Program-made: the position numbers and the translations under genes
NCBI GenBank assembly: GCA_004022145.1
Contig: RCNU01000006.1
Source of the DNA: Paecilomyces variotii
Taxonomy: Eukaryota
Reading direction: 5' to 3' (one strand)
DNA: 64,000 nucleotides
The notes under the pieces: generated by a model
The model's input: only the letters and a program-made list of their open reading frames with translations
The model's database searches: none
What the model was told of the DNA's origin: nothing
In this document: piece after piece, positions 36,249-49,337 of the stretch
Position numbering within the stretch: position 1 is the stretch's first letter
Layout of the letters: each line of letters starts with the position of its first letter

Positions 36249-37869
36249 ATGCCCTCCCCGCCACGGGAAAGAGGACGACCAAAAACGAGAAGCTCTGAGA
36301 CTGAGTTTGTTCTATTTATTCGTGGAGTAAGTAAGCTCACAACAATACTATGTTTTGATTGCAATCATCGACCAGTGACTTACGCACGTTGCAGATTCCA
36401 GCACATTGCCGATGGCAAGAACTTAAAGATTTGGTGCGCCAGACTGCCCTGCACATCCGGCAAGCAGTGGTGTACGATGACCAGCATGGGTTCCCGACGG
36501 GGCTTGGCCAGATTATCGTGAAGAACGAGGACGAGGCGTGGCGTACTTATCGTGTGTTAAAACCTCTCTTCATTCTAGCTTGCGTGCGCCAATGCTGACC
36601 TATTACTCCCAGATAGACTAGCTAGCAGCGGTTGGGATGGACAGAGCCTGACTGTGACTTTATCCCGGACGAGCTCGCCTACTCGACCGATTGCTGGACC
36701 GACAAAAAGCCCGCCTTGCGTTGCGCAGCCCGTCTATATTGGAGGTTACTCTCCACCAAGAGTGACCGGTATAACTACTCCGAGTTCGTCCCATTCTGCA
36801 GAGTAGGTGCTATCAACTTCATTCCCGTTCTATGCGTTTTTGATAGGAACCGCTGCCATTATCGAAGAGTGGTCTTCATTGACGCTGCAATGTATTAGAA
36901 TGCCCACAGTGCCACCGACTCCTACATATCACCACCAAACAGAATATGGACCCATCCCGAGCGCAACGACAATTGCATACCCTCCTGCCCTTCCTATGGC
37001 GTCTGTCTCGGTTCCAGCATCCCTGATGATCAACGGGAAGGGTCCTATGCCTGCTCTTTCACCGGTAGCAACTGTGCCGTCTCCTCTTTACGACTCCCCG
37101 AACTTTCCTACGTTCCCCTACTCTCCATCATGGCTACCGTCTGCGCACGATGCTTCAAACCGTTGCTTTGCAACTGGGAGACGGACAAGTTATCAACGCA
37201 TTGGATCTGAGCGGAACCACCAATCTGGCTACAATCGACACAGAACGCACTCCATGTCTCCAACGTACTATACTCCCAGTAGATATGTTTTCATCCAGAA
37301 TGTTGCACCACAGACCGAGATATCTGAACTCAAAACCTATCTAAGCGCCGCGGGGACAGTTGAGCACTGCGAGATTCTCGAGGATCGCAGAACTGGTCGT
37401 CGCAGAAGTCAGGCCAAGGCAACGTTCCAGACAACAGAACAGGCGAAACAAGCAATGGCCAAGTTGGACAATACTATGCTCGAGGGTGCTAGAATCCGAG
37501 TGAAGTTTGACAGGGACGCTCCGGTATCATGCAGCTCGGAAGACACCGTGCCTTTCGAGGACAAGGACCAGATTAAAGCAGATACAAGCACATCAACGAG
37601 CGGCGATGAAAGAAGAGGTTCAGTCTCTTCTTCGAAGGATTCCAAGTGTGAACCCTTTGTCGTTAACGGATCAGTGGTCGGGAAGAAGACCAAGGATATC
37701 ACGAACGGGATTGATTATGAGAGTAAGTGAGCGACCACCTATCCCAAGCTTATTATCGCATACTTAGCATATCACTTTCCAAAAACAAACCCGATATATG
37801 AGCTAATATTTCCCTTCTTCGCCAGAACAACTAATCTCCTCCACCAACCAGTTACGCATAGTAGAATGA
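36249..37869 (+). CDS. Two-RRM RNA-binding protein, about 5 exons
   Basis: RRM1 VLFIRGIPAHCRWQELKDLVR..GLGQIIV; RRM2 VFIQNVAP..ELKTYLSAAGTVEHCEI..AKLDNTMLEGARIRVKFD; canonical introns. Confidence 0.8.
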
Positions 37870-38083
37870 TCGATCACGGCCAAACCGCCACATTAGAAGC
37901 ATAAACTTTTTCCCCCTTATCATTACATGGTTCATGGTTCTATTTAGCAGTTACCAAGCTTATAAGACGGCGTTTTGTGCATTTGTTTCCTTCACTTTTT
38001 TATCTTTTTTATTTTTAGCATTAGCATATTCAAACTCACCAGTTTGCATTCATAATCAATGATAATCTCATGTTCTGAAAGAG

Positions 38084-38129
<46 letters not shown>
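38084..38129. repeat. 46-nt poly(dA:dT) tract
   Basis: Uninterrupted A run between convergent gene ends. Confidence 0.95.
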
Positions 38130-38130
<1 letters not shown>

Positions 38131-39009
38131 GAAACTCGAAACTCTCATGCGCCACAATTCGATCAATTAATTACCTAAGTCTATAATCCTCTCTCCAAGG
38201 AAGGGGATAAAGCGGGATGGATAGGCTCTTTAGTTGCTTTGCTTTGCATTATGAAATATGCTGTTCTTATTCTTGTTTTGTTTCAAATGCATATATGCGT
38301 CTGTGTAACTGTTGTATATTATATCTTCTTTTTCTTCTTCTCCATCATTTTATCCCAAGTGTGCCTTCCTTCATTCTCTAGAATAGGGACTTTACATCAG
38401 GTAAGTAGTAATAGTGGGTTTAACTTTTCTTTTCTTTTCACGAATACATCGAAAGAAACAGGACTTGGAATTATTATATATATATATATACATACCAACC
38501 AACTTCGCATCCTCTAGTGCTATTTTATGCCCAGAAGACTAAACTGACCATAGCCTGCCTAGACACCTTAGTTTAGTTCTGTCTGAATACAGAAAGATAA
38601 TAACTAACTAACTAGCAAATAACATGCTAACTCATGAGGTATTTATTTCATCTAGTTACAATACAAATATGATGAATTCGCCACTGCTGAGGGGGATAAA
38701 AATATCCATATTCGAACCTAATGCATCATCAGGCCAATCTCTTGAGAATGGACTGTAAAGAAAAGAAAGTAAAAGATAGAAAACTCCCAAACAATGACAG
38801 AAACACCTTTGTGAACTTCCTTTCCATTCATTCCCAGTGAGAAGAAACATGTGAGTAGATGATTTTTGAACTATTTGCGGTCTTCCCGGTATCCCCCTTT
38901 GCATACGCCCTTTGTGCTGTCCTATGGGTATAGACGAAGGCTTCGGTATCCATTTTTTTTTTGTGAGCGGTTTCAAATGGTTATGCGATCTCAATATTCC
39001 TTTGGGCAC

Positions 39010-41718
39010 TTAGTCCCGACGTTGACCCGCTGGCGCAACGCGACGTGGTGATCTTGATAGTGAGCGTCGTCGACCAGGAGCCGGAGAGATGGACCGTGTG
39101 ACATTCAAAGATACACGTCGTCCCTTGTTCAGTGGAGGACTCGGCGTGCGTGACACGGACCGACTGATGCTTCTGCTCAAACTGCGATCCCGGGTGCTCC
39201 GGCCTCCACGTCGAGGAGGCGGTGAGCGCGAAGCGGATACACTCCTGCCTCCGCGTCTACGTGGCGGAGGGGATACAGAATCCGAGTATCGCCGTCCACG
39301 TGGTGCTGCTGCGCGGCGGGGCGGAGGAGAAACTGAGCGAGAGGGCGATCTAGAGTAGCTTCGGGCCCTCTTAGCGTAAGAATCGCGTCGTCGAGGCGGC
39401 GTGACCGATCGAGATGGCGAGCGTCGGTCTTTTCGCGATTGGTACGGACTAGGACTTCTGCTGACCGAGCTTCTTGAGTCGTAAGACCTATCCCGTCCCC
39501 GCCTCGGTGCCGCGGACTTCCTTGGAGGTGTACGAGAGTCTGATCTCGCTCTGCGGCGAACAGGTGTTGGGGAACGGCTGTACGAGCCCGCGCGACGTCG
39601 AGAGCGAGACACTGGCGATCGAGAGCGCGATGGTGTATAACTTCCTGACCTTGAGGCCGAGATGGAGCGACTGTAAGACCGTCCCCGACTGACAGAACGT
39701 CCGCGGCGACGGTCACGAGATATGGATCGAGAGCGAGAGCGAGAGCGGGAGGAGCCCGTGTACGATGAATAGCTCGAATATGAGCTGACTGACTCAGCGT
39801 CCGACTCCTCTCTAGGTGGGGGGAGAGTAGGCAGAGTAGGTTTGGGGAGGTTCTTGAGATGCTCACGCATCTCTTCGGTCAGTGCACCCATACCGATGCT
39901 GGTGAAGTAATTGATGGAGAAACGGGTGTTGCGTGGGTTGTCCGTCGGGAATATTCCTTCGAAGCTGGGTCGCAGGATCTCATCCTGGAACCGCTCTCGT
40001 AGCTTCGGCAGACCCAAGCTCTCTGCAAGATCCTGGAAGAGAATCTTGATGAAGATACGGCTGCTGGATGTTGTTTCCTCCTCATTCAAGTGGACGATGG
40101 ACAGAACATGCCACCCAATAGCATCTGTGCTCAGCATATGGCCAAAGAAGCGAGCAATGTTACGCAGCCGATTCGTTTCGTAGCGATGAATAGTCTCGTA
40201 GTACTTGGCGAATGCGGCCTCGAAGAGATCACACCAGAGACGGTTGAGCTTCGCAAATCTCTCTCCGATCAGACCATAGAACTTCGAGTACGTGCGCTCC
40301 TGTGAACAACATTCGATGGTCATAGAGGGCAGCTCAGGCTCCTGCCCGGGCGGAAGAGAGATCTTCATCAGCTTGTGACAGCATTCTTCGAAGTCGATAC
40401 TCGACATGATGGTCAAGTAGATCGTGCGACGCAGGTTCACCAGATCAGTATTGCTCTGATCTTTGATGTCCATCTGCTTCTGCTCCTCATCCTCTTCTTC
40501 CTCTGAACTGTCATCAGTCTCGTATCCGTCCTCTTCGTCACTGCTTCCTTCTCCCAAGATTTCGGCTTTGAGCCTCCGGTAGGCCTCTTCGTGTTCCTCC
40601 CACTGCGCATCGTATTTGAAGATGTTGAGACCATCCTGCGTGTCTATCTCGTCATCTAGACCAATCCGATGTGTGATCTGATCTTCTTCTTCGACGAGGT
40701 CCAGCTCTTCCCTGATGGCGGGGTTGTCCTTGTACCTGTCCTTACGAACCTGGAACAGCACCTCAATCATGTACTGGACTCTCTTATCGATATCTGCCTC
40801 GTGCAAGATATTCCGGAACTGGTCAAACACCGCCAGTGCGATCGGCTGGCTCATCTCTTCCAGATGTTGGCCCACTTCCCTGGTCAGGCCCACGGCAATC
40901 TCCACACTGTCATCTGTAGGCTTATGTAGAAGAAGTAGGAGAATTTGGGCCGCGAGCATCTCGTGGGCGACCTGCTGATTGCAGAGATGGGCGATAAAGG
41001 TGGTAGACGAGATACAGACTGCTTTATCATTACGCTTGAACGCCTTTCGAAACTGGACGATCAACCGGCTCAGCAGAAGTTCTCCGACCTGTGGCAATTT
41101 CGTGTTCACGATTGCAGCCATCGCAGCGTAGATAGGCGTGAAGGGCAGACTGGCTGCTTGTGCTTTCATGATGCTCCGGCAGAAAAGACCACGGCCACGG
41201 ATCAGGTTCTCTCCAAACAGTTCCGGCACGATATGCTTGATGTTCGAGACATTGACCTTGTTGATAAGACCATTGATAGACTTCTTCAAGGCCTCCCATG
41301 CCATTCGCTGATACTCCTTGCTCGTTTTATCGGTGATCTGCGCTTGGAGCGCGCGCAGCCGAGCTGGAGGGATATAGGTTCCTCCGGAGCGCATGTTCAA
41401 CAGTTTCTCATATTCCGCCTTTGCCGCAGCCTGTTTCTCCTCCTCTGTCATCGGTTTGCGCGCAGGCTCGCGCTTTTCATGCTGACGAAGTCGTTCGGCC
41501 AGCTGCCGCTGTCTCTCGATCGCGCGCTCCTGATCGACTGGGGGAAGATCTGCCTCGTCCCTCGCGGGCCCAGCTGGAGGGGACCGACGACGATTTGGCG
41601 AAGGCGACCGTGAAGGAGGCGAACGCTTTCGCGACCCTGAAGGCTGCGGCGAGTACGACGTGCCGGGCGGCGGAGTAGGCAAGCGCACCGCTGACTGCAG
41701 CATCACTGAATCCGTCAT
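39010..41718 (-). CDS. cwc22: Pre-mRNA splicing factor Cwc22 (MIF4G + MA3, RS-rich tail)
   Basis: SGGTYIPPARLR, YQRMAWEALKKSINGLINKVN, LRRTIYLTIMSSIDFEECCHKL, RFSINYFTSIGMG. Confidence 0.97.
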   Translation of the reverse strand: MTDSVMLQSAVRLPTPPPGTSYSPQPSGSRKRSPPSRSPSPNRRRSPPAGPARDEADLPPVDQERAIERQRQLAERLRQHEKREPARKPMTEEEKQAAAKAEYEKLLNMRSGGTYIPPARLRALQAQITDKTSKEYQRMAWEALKKSINGLINKVNVSNIKHIVPELFGENLIRGRGLFCRSIMKAQAASLPFTPIYAAMAAIVNTKLPQVGELLLSRLIVQFRKAFKRNDKAVCISSTTFIAHLCNQQVAHEMLAAQILLLLLHKPTDDSVEIAVGLTREVGQHLEEMSQPIALAVFDQFRNILHEADIDKRVQYMIEVLFQVRKDRYKDNPAIREELDLVEEEDQITHRIGLDDEIDTQDGLNIFKYDAQWEEHEEAYRRLKAEILGEGSSDEEDGYETDDSSEEEEDEEQKQMDIKDQSNTDLVNLRRTIYLTIMSSIDFEECCHKLMKISLPPGQEPELPSMTIECCSQERTYSKFYGLIGERFAKLNRLWCDLFEAAFAKYYETIHRYETNRLRNIARFFGHMLSTDAIGWHVLSIVHLNEEETTSSSRIFIKILFQDLAESLGLPKLRERFQDEILRPSFEGIFPTDNPRNTRFSINYFTSIGMGALTEEMREHLKNLPKPTLPTLPPPREESDAESVSSYSSYSSYTGSSRSRSRSRSISRDRRRGRSVSRGRSYSRSISASRSGSYTPSRSRSPVSRSRRRAGSYSRSPTPVRRRARSDSRTPPRKSAAPRRGRDRSYDSRSSVSRSPSPYQSRKDRRSPSRSVTPPRRRDSYAKRARSYSRSPSRSVSPPPRRAAAPRGRRYSDSVSPPPRRRGGRSVSASRSPPPRRGGRSTRDRSLSRSISRSVSRTPSPPLNKGRRVSLNVTRSISPAPGRRRSLSRSPRRVAPAGQRRD

Positions 41719-41890
41719 CTTGCTGACCGTTCTGAATGAATGATCGAGGTGATCCGGGTTTCAGATCTCTACCTGATCCCAGACGAAACCCGGAAACACG
41801 AAGATGGGAGCGAGTGTCAGCCACGAGCAAAGTCGTTCTGCGGCGAAGGAAGTTGGATGGTTCACATCAGCAGTCTTAGCGCGGTGGTCG

Positions 41891-41900
41891 GTCACGTGAC
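41891..41900. promoter_or_regulatory. Palindromic E-box GTCACGTGAC in the cwc22/dpm2 bidirectional promoter
   Basis: Perfect 10-bp palindrome midway between divergent starts; bHLH (Cbf1-type) consensus; related TCACGTGA near 5325 and 61976. Confidence 0.45.
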
Positions 41901-42055
41901 TGAATAGAGGCCAAGCTGGAGCTCCAGGAGAAAGTGAGCTAGCGAGACAATATTTACTACTTACTCACTGTACAAGAGATCGAACTGTGAATCTCCTACG
42001 CGTCCGTTCCTTCTCTTCACGTGGATTCCACTGTCTCACACTGCCTACAGTCATT

Positions 42056-42480
42056 ATGGTAAGAAGCAAACGTCCCCAACTCGAAGCACGCGCGGAGAAT
42101 TGACATCTCAGCTCGGCCGACTCGTCGGATCCGCCATGCTCTTGGTCGCAACTGCGATCTTCCTCTACTACACCGCTTGGACTCTGTTGATGGTACGTCT
42201 ATTCTCTACGTTCTCTCTGTCTTCTACGAAGGAACAGAAGAGAAGAAAAAAGAAAAGAAAGAAAGAAAACAAGAATCGACTGACCGTTTCGAAGCCCTTT
42301 GTTGACCCTGGCCACCCCCTCCATGACCTCTTCCCACCACGCGTCTGGGCGATCCGTATCCCCGTCATCCTCACGCTGCTAGGCTCAGCAGTTGTGGGCT
42401 CATTCCTGGGAATCATGATGATCCGGAGCAGCAAGAAGAAGGCTGCCAAGGCGAAGGCTGCCGCGAAGAAGAAGGCTTAA
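42056..42480 (+). CDS. dpm2: Dolichol-phosphate mannosyltransferase regulatory subunit DPM2
   Basis: Exons 42056-42058 (ATG only), 42112-42192, 42295-42480; MLGRLVGSAMLLVATAIFLYYTAWTLLMPFVDPGHPLHDLFPPRVWAIRIP. Confidence 0.92.
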
Positions 42481-44295
42481 ACGGGCTGGAAGGTCCAATG
42501 TATAATAGCGAGAGAGAGAGAGAGAGATCCGATACCCGGTGTAAAACCACAATAATACTTCTGTGCCAGCGACTGTGAGCTGTATAACTAATAGTCAGCA
42601 GCCGGCTCCTGTTGACCCGTGATAGCCACGCGCTCTTTTCATCTGTCCCTGACGGGTGCTGGATGAGCTACGTGCCTGACGAAGTCAAGTCAGTCTGTTG
42701 TTGAGTTGACCAAGTCAAAACCCGCCATGACGGGATACGCCGGACTGCGACCCTGGAGCTTCTAGACTAGCTAGTACCTCTCTTCTATGGAGATCTCGAT
42801 GGAGATGATCCACGTTGCAAGGAACTGTTGGCATTCCACTGCTGAGCGGTCGGGGCCCTTCTCCGCCAGTCAGTGACGGGTGTAGCGGACTACACATGGC
42901 GGAGTGGTTCTTCATGGGGTCCCCAACAAGGCCACGACCCTTCCACTAGAGTCATTTATGGTACTCTAGTCTGGCAGTCAGTAGCTAGTAGATGGTATGT
43001 AATTACCATAGTGAGTTAGTTAGTTAATCATTAGCCATTTGAATTGTTGCGCCCGGCTGATGTTGGTCTCCGGGTCAGCATGCGAACCCGTGACGTCGGC
43101 CATCGGTTGTCGACGGAATCCATCAGAAGAGGGAGAGGGGAGAGTGTGAATGAGGGGAGGAAGAATCAAAGAAAGAACTGGAATGGAGGCATGAGCAATG
43201 ATAGAATCTCTTGTGAGATCTTATCTACTATGGTAGTTATCAGCCACCACCATAGAGTAACTATTAGAGGTAATAAATAATACAAAGGAAGAACTTGTTA
43301 GTTATTATTAATTAATTAATTAATTAATTACCTAGGTACTAGGTAGATAGTTACTCTTGTTGTTCCCCTCATGGGACAGAATGACTGACTACTGAGTCCT
43401 GACTGACTGACTCACGTGTTCCTGAGCCTGTTCGCTCATCTGTTCCCAAGTATTATTCCAACTCTCCCAAGTAACTATGAGATAAGTTAGCCCATCAATC
43501 AGCAACCGTTATCATTAGTCGCCTCGCCTGTCATCCTGATAATTAGTCCCATTCCTGTCCCGTTGACGTCGGCCCCCTCCCATTATTCAGCCCAAACTTA
43601 CCGTTTCACGCGGATCGCTGACTCCGCCTCTAACCTACAGTAACTAAGTAATCCCCCCCACCGATGCTCTCTACTAGTAGTCCCGTAGTTGGAGTCGGTA
43701 CTCGCCATGGAGCTGCTCATACCTACTCTATCGCTGCTCTGCCTGCCCTAGTCCTGCATGCTTTCCCCTCCCCCTCTCCCCCTTCTGCCCTTCTCTGGAA
43801 CAACACCACCAGACCATCAATCAGTAAAGAGTATCGAGTGTGAACGCTTGAATCTTGTTGATTTTCTGAAACCCTCCCGGACCTGCCCCCAGACCGTCTC
43901 TGGGTTCTATTCCAGATTCAGCAACGGCTGGTATCTGGGGAATCTCCATATCGATCGTCTCTACTTAACTGATCGGGTAACCGCCAGTCCGGTTGCTCAG
44001 GGAAAGCTCTCGGGTATACGGGTGACGAGGGTCCAGCAGGAGAGGTGATGTATGACTCCGTTATTATTATTATTATTATTGCTTCCTGTTTCCATCATCC
44101 CATCTCGATAAGAGCCATCGGACTGACCGCGATAGACGCGATCGCGTTGTCATCCGTTATCTCGCCGCGTAACTAATCAAGACAAGATCAAATACCCCGC
44201 GATCGAGTCATCCGTTCTGAGACCTAGAAAGAGGGTCTACAGAGCGGCTCTGATCTGAAGACGTCTTACCCCCGGAGCCTTCCCGGCGCCTTTTG

Positions 44296-47200
44296 ATGCC
44301 CCCCGCAGCGTTGGACGAAATCTCTCGCCAGCAGACTCAGTCCCTTGGTGACAACAGTTCACTTGTCCAGGACCAGTATCGAGTGAACCCGGAGCCGGAA
44401 TCCACGGGAAAGACGAAGAAGAAGGGGAAGCATGGTGCCAAGGGAAAGGACAAAACGGCTAAATGCGCGGCGAAGACGCCTCCGGACGACCTGTAAGTCC
44501 TCTAGTCATGGTTGATCTCTTGAGCGTCCTCGAGGAGATCAGATATGAGCTGACAAGCTGATCCCGCCCGGTAGGAGCGATCCCTCACCACCAGTCCAGA
44601 CGGAACCCTCATCGTACCAGAGCGCTCCTTTCGCCCGTACTGCAGGGGATCCCATCGTGTCTCCTGTGCTGGAAGCTCTGGGGACGTTGAACGGCCCCCA
44701 GGAGAACGACACCGCGTATCGAACGGACGCGTGGGCCAAGTCCATCCCCTTTGGAAAGAGCCCGCCAACAGATCTCATCGACGGGGCCTTCGTCGGGGAG
44801 TCACCGCGCAGCTTTCCTACGAGCTTTCCCACGAGCTTTCCCATCGCTGCCGAGAGGGGCGGATTCAGCCATGTGTCGGCGTCCGCTTCTCCACCCGTTG
44901 GAAGAGCAAGACCGTTCAGCTATGGCAATGGCCATTTGAGCGTCGCTACGTCGCGACAGCAGTCAGTAGAGGCGCAGAAGCGACATTCGATGGGAAGCCA
45001 CTTCCAGATTCAGCCGCCTCTACCGCATATGCCTCAGGCCCATTTCTACGGCGCTCCGGACATTGACCTACCTGTGTTCTCTGGCCAGAACAGGTCTTCT
45101 AGCGATGGCAGTTACTCATTCTGTGCTTTCGACACAATCTCTAGTCCAGCCTTGAAGACAACAAGGATGGGTGGAAAGGTGTTAGTCGTCGGGGGCGATG
45201 GCTTCCTCGAGGTATTAGCTATTGAGGATCGGAAGACCCGCCCGATCGGGCGTCTGGTCGGTCTCAGCGGTCGCGTAGTTGAAGCCAAACTACTACCGTG
45301 GACTGCTACCACTGACCCATTCGCGTCTTCGAGACCTCATGTAGCGGTGATAGTCCATGGTCCAGCTGCTCAGAGGGATGAAGAACGGGCCTCTTCCACC
45401 GGTTCAGAGCAGAACGAGATACTTCCGGGCCTCACTGGAAAGTCCGAGAAGCATAACAACAAAGAGGAGACACCGTGTTACCAGACGAGAGCAGAAATAT
45501 ACTCTCTTCGGACAGGAGAGCACATCACGACCCTGTTTATGAGCACACCTATTCCGTGCTACGACGATTTCCCGGGCCTGCCTCTCTTTGCCCCATCACC
45601 TGTGGGTAACCTGAAGCTCTATACTAGTGGTAGCCTTGTCATTCTTGCCTGTGGTGTCAGCGGTGAGGTCTACATATATGGAGTTGATTCATCGTCTCCC
45701 GCTGCCGCCTACCGGTGTCTCGCCAAGACTTGGACCAGTATCCAGTCGAGGGATTCCCGTCGATATTCCACCTCGTCGAGCTCTACCGATGCGGATGGCT
45801 CTCAGGCAGATTCTCCGCACGGGTCTGCTTCATTTGACAGTCCCATAATATCAGTCAGCGGGAGATGGCTGGCCATCGTCCCACCTTCATCCACGTCGAG
45901 GGTTCCGCTTCTTGGAACCGTTCCTGCGTCTCTGATCCAGGGCAAGATTTACGGACTTGATACCCATATTCCTCCGTTGAGACCTGCTGTAACCTGTGCG
46001 ACTGACTGTGGTGAGGGCGAAAGCTTCCTAAACAAGGTCGCGAGAGGTGTTACGCAGGAGCTTTTCCGTGGCGCTCGATGGATGGGCGACCAAGGTCTCC
46101 AAGCCTGGAATAGCTATTGGAACAAAGAAGCGCAGGTATCGCAATCTGCTTCGTTACGTCGTCCGCCCCATCTGGCAGATGTGCCCCAGCAAGGCTACAA
46201 CATGTTTCCCCCGACTCATGCTCAAGAGACGCAATCTATGTCACCTGCGGAACCTGATCTCGTGTCGATCATCGATCTGAAGAGGTTAGAAGAGGGCTCA
46301 GAGGTGAAAACTTCGTTCCCGAGTCCAGTTGCTACCTTCCAGGCTCCCAATGGCTGCAGTTTCGTATCGTTCTCTCCCAACGGGCTGATGTTGTTGACGG
46401 CAAGCAAAAAGGGAGATGTGCAGTACGTATGGGATCTGATGCAGATCAAGTACTGCAGAGCAGCGACTTTCCTTACTGAGGATCCAGCCCTCGCAGCGGG
46501 CAGCTCTCATGTCAGGCAAATTGCCAGATACACGCGGCTGACAACATCCACTATTATCGATGTTATCTGGGCCGCTCCCACTGGAGAGCATCTTGCCATT
46601 ATTACCCGTAAAGGGACCATTCATGTTTTCGACATGCCCAAGAGCGCCTTTCAGTGGCCGCCTCCTCGGCGGGCGCGGAAAGTATCTCCGAAATCTCCAG
46701 TTGAAGATGCTTCTCCGGATGAGAGGTCGGAAGCAGGAAATCCAGGCAATCCCTTTTCTGCTGCCATGAAACTTGTTGGAGGCAAGAGCCAACCCATCTT
46801 GGCTGCCGTTAGAGGACGCGCTCCCAGCGTTGGCCCAGCATTCCCTGTGGTGAGCACCTTTGGGCTGACCTCTGCTGCTGGGGTCCGAAGTGGCAAGGTG
46901 GTTGCTTCTGGTCTAAGTAAATCTGTCGGTGCTGCTGCTACCGGGACCGTGAATACGTTACGTCACGCTGGCGAAAACAGGCTGCACCTTTCTGGATTTT
47001 CCAGAGACCCGTCCGCATCTCGAGTTACTTGGTTCTGTAACAAGGACGAGCGCCTATTGGGTTTGGTGGATAATGGCTCCTTCAAGCTATACAAAATCAG
47101 GCGAGCAGGACCGTTCCAGAAGAGCCGACAGAGTCAATCTGTCATCGGAGGTAAGGTGGCAGAATTCAAGCTTCCTTCAAACGTTCAGAGTCCCTGCGGA

Positions 47201-47713
47201 CCACTGCACGTCGGGACCTTTAATACCGAGTCGACAGTTAGTGCATCTTGGGCGCTACCGACGGCGAATTCTCACTTCCCTTCTGGTACCAAACTTAAGT
47301 CACAGGCTCTTTCGCAGGCCGAAATTGAGACCAACACTCCTTACCAGCCTTTCCACACCGACCAAAGAGTCAATCTATATGTCTTTTCACCAGAGGTTGA
47401 AATTGGGGAGTCCGGTTTGTTGTCTGGCAAACAGTGGGTTTTTGGTGAGGATATTCCTCTCACTAAACTACACGTGCGACCTCCTAGCCAAGGCGACGAT
47501 GACGAAGCAGCGGCTCCTGGTCCTCGCGCCGTTGGCGAAATGGAAAATCTCATCAGTTTAGGTAGCGGTGTCGACCAGGTAGAAGAGGTCGTCATCACAA
47601 CTCGCCGGAGGAAGAAGCGCGCCGACCCATACTCGATGGCGTCGCGTCCGGATGAGGATGGATTTTTTGAGGATGATTGTGAAGTGCTGGATTTTGCCAG
47701 AGACCGGGTCTAA
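44296..47713 (+). CDS. BCAS3/PROPPIN-like WD40 protein
   Basis: Exon 1 ~44296-44492, exon 2 ~44575-47713; SFVSFSPNGLMLLTASKKG, YTRLTT, ITRKGTIHVF, LSQAEIETN. Confidence 0.75.
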
Positions 47714-48626
47714 ATCGAGACCCAAGACGTCAATTGATAGAAGACTTTGCAACATATATGGCGTTGTGGCAGGACTGTTCTTCGTTCGACGTACCATCTT
47801 GCCTGATTTGCATTGGTGGATCTGGTCAGAATGTCATCTCACTTTGGAGTTTTTGAGGCATTCTATTACACAGGCGAAGGATGATCTTCCGTTGCTTGAA
47901 TGACTTTTTGTCTGCTGCCAGAGCAGTATCAGCACCTGCCCACTTTCTGAGTTTATCCGCCACGTGTTGCTTGGATTATTACATACCCCAGACTTGTCTT
48001 GTCGAACTTCTGTTTAGATTTGTTTTAATGGCTGGCTGGCTGGATGGTGGGTCGACTATTGGACACATAATCCTACAAAAAAAAGGCATAAAAGGAGAAA
48101 AATCCATAAAAAAATTTTTATGTCATTTTCTCTCACTAATATGGTCGCCGGCGTTCGTTTGTCTTTCCCTGTTGGTGGTTTCCAACACCCATCTCTCCTC
48201 CAAGTCGGCTAGAAGCCCCCCAGCCCGTATTCCCTGGGATTTGATCAGTGTTTAACTGCGTAGACTAATGCGCTTTGCTATACCGGGCCCAAGGGACCTA
48301 CTATATACATGCACGAGATATACGTGTTCAGGACTACATATTATAGTTGCTAATGCTACCACTATGTGTTTACAATATACTGATCCTTTAGGACTATAAG
48401 TCTCCATACAAGTATCGGCCTGTAGATAGGATTTCGCCGATGTTGTATAAGGGACCATTTAGGACGAAGAAAGTGACAACCTCGCGCCCTTTCAACTGTA
48501 TTTATTGTAAGTCTTGCTTTCGATGGTTATCATCTAGTAGATCTATATCCCCAACAACATCAAAACACAACTTCTACAGAGCCCTCCCCATTTCGTTCCT
48601 TAGATCTTGAACCAACATTCAACCCG

Positions 48627-49337
48627 TCAGACCGTCCCTGCCTCAGCTCTAAACCCAGTCTCTTCTTCCCACCAACCCCTAAAAACCCTCAGCCTCTCCG
48701 TCCTCACCCTCGCCATCCTCTTCCCCGTCTCCGTCTTCATCATCCCCTCCAACCGTTCCAGCTTCTCCACAAAATGCTCAATCGCCCCATCCATCACCCA
48801 CTCCCCCCCAGGCGCAACATGCTTCTTCCCCTGCGCCCCTAGAAACGTGAAACAGCGCCCAATCCCCACGGCCCCTATCGCATCGAGCCGATCCGCATCC
48901 TGCACGATCGCAAGCTCCCTATACCCCTCTTCATCAATCAGACGGCGCACTTTCTCGGGATCTTTCGTCTCATTCGTATACGACACGTTCGAGACGATGG
49001 TTTGGACGCGCGCGGCGAGCGAGTCGTCCGCACCTGCTTCGAGGAGGGCCTGTTGGACGGCTGTTTGGGGATTAGGATTGTTGTTGTTGGAAGTGGAAGT
49101 GGAAGGGGGCAGGTATTTCCGATCTCCGATATCGTGGAGAAGAGCGGAGAGAGTGACGATGGTGGAGTCGTAGGGGGTTGTTGTTGGCGATAGGGTCTGT
49201 TCGGATTTGAGGATCGTTTGGGCGAGATGAACCACGCGGTGGATGTGGGCGAGGTTGTGGGAGGGGTCGTGATCGGACATGTAGTCTGTTACGAAGTCGG
49301 TCATGGATGATATGAGGGTTTGGGTGGATGGTGGCAT
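48627..49337 (-). CDS. HD-domain metal-dependent phosphohydrolase
   Basis: HDPSHNLAHIHRV, ALLHDIGDRKY, IVQDADRLDAIGAVGIGRCF. Confidence 0.92.
   Translation of the reverse strand: MPPSTQTLISSMTDFVTDYMSDHDPSHNLAHIHRVVHLAQTILKSEQTLSPTTTPYDSTIVTLSALLHDIGDRKYLPPSTSTSNNNNPNPQTAVQQALLEAGADDSLAARVQTIVSNVSYTNETKDPEKVRRLIDEEGYRELAIVQDADRLDAIGAVGIGRCFTFLGAQGKKHVAPGGEWVMDGAIEHFVEKLERLEGMMKTETGKRMARVRTERLRVFRGWWEEETGFRAEAGTV

Noticed and set aside
39010-39800. Repetitive sequence and overlapping ORFs at the cwc22 3' end
   Set aside because: Explained by the RS-rich domain common in splicing factors.
43300-43350. (TAAT)n and TACCTAGGTA palindromic motifs, also near 9011 and 11528
   Set aside because: Low-complexity TA-rich motifs occur both inside and outside the island, so they are not specific boundary signals.
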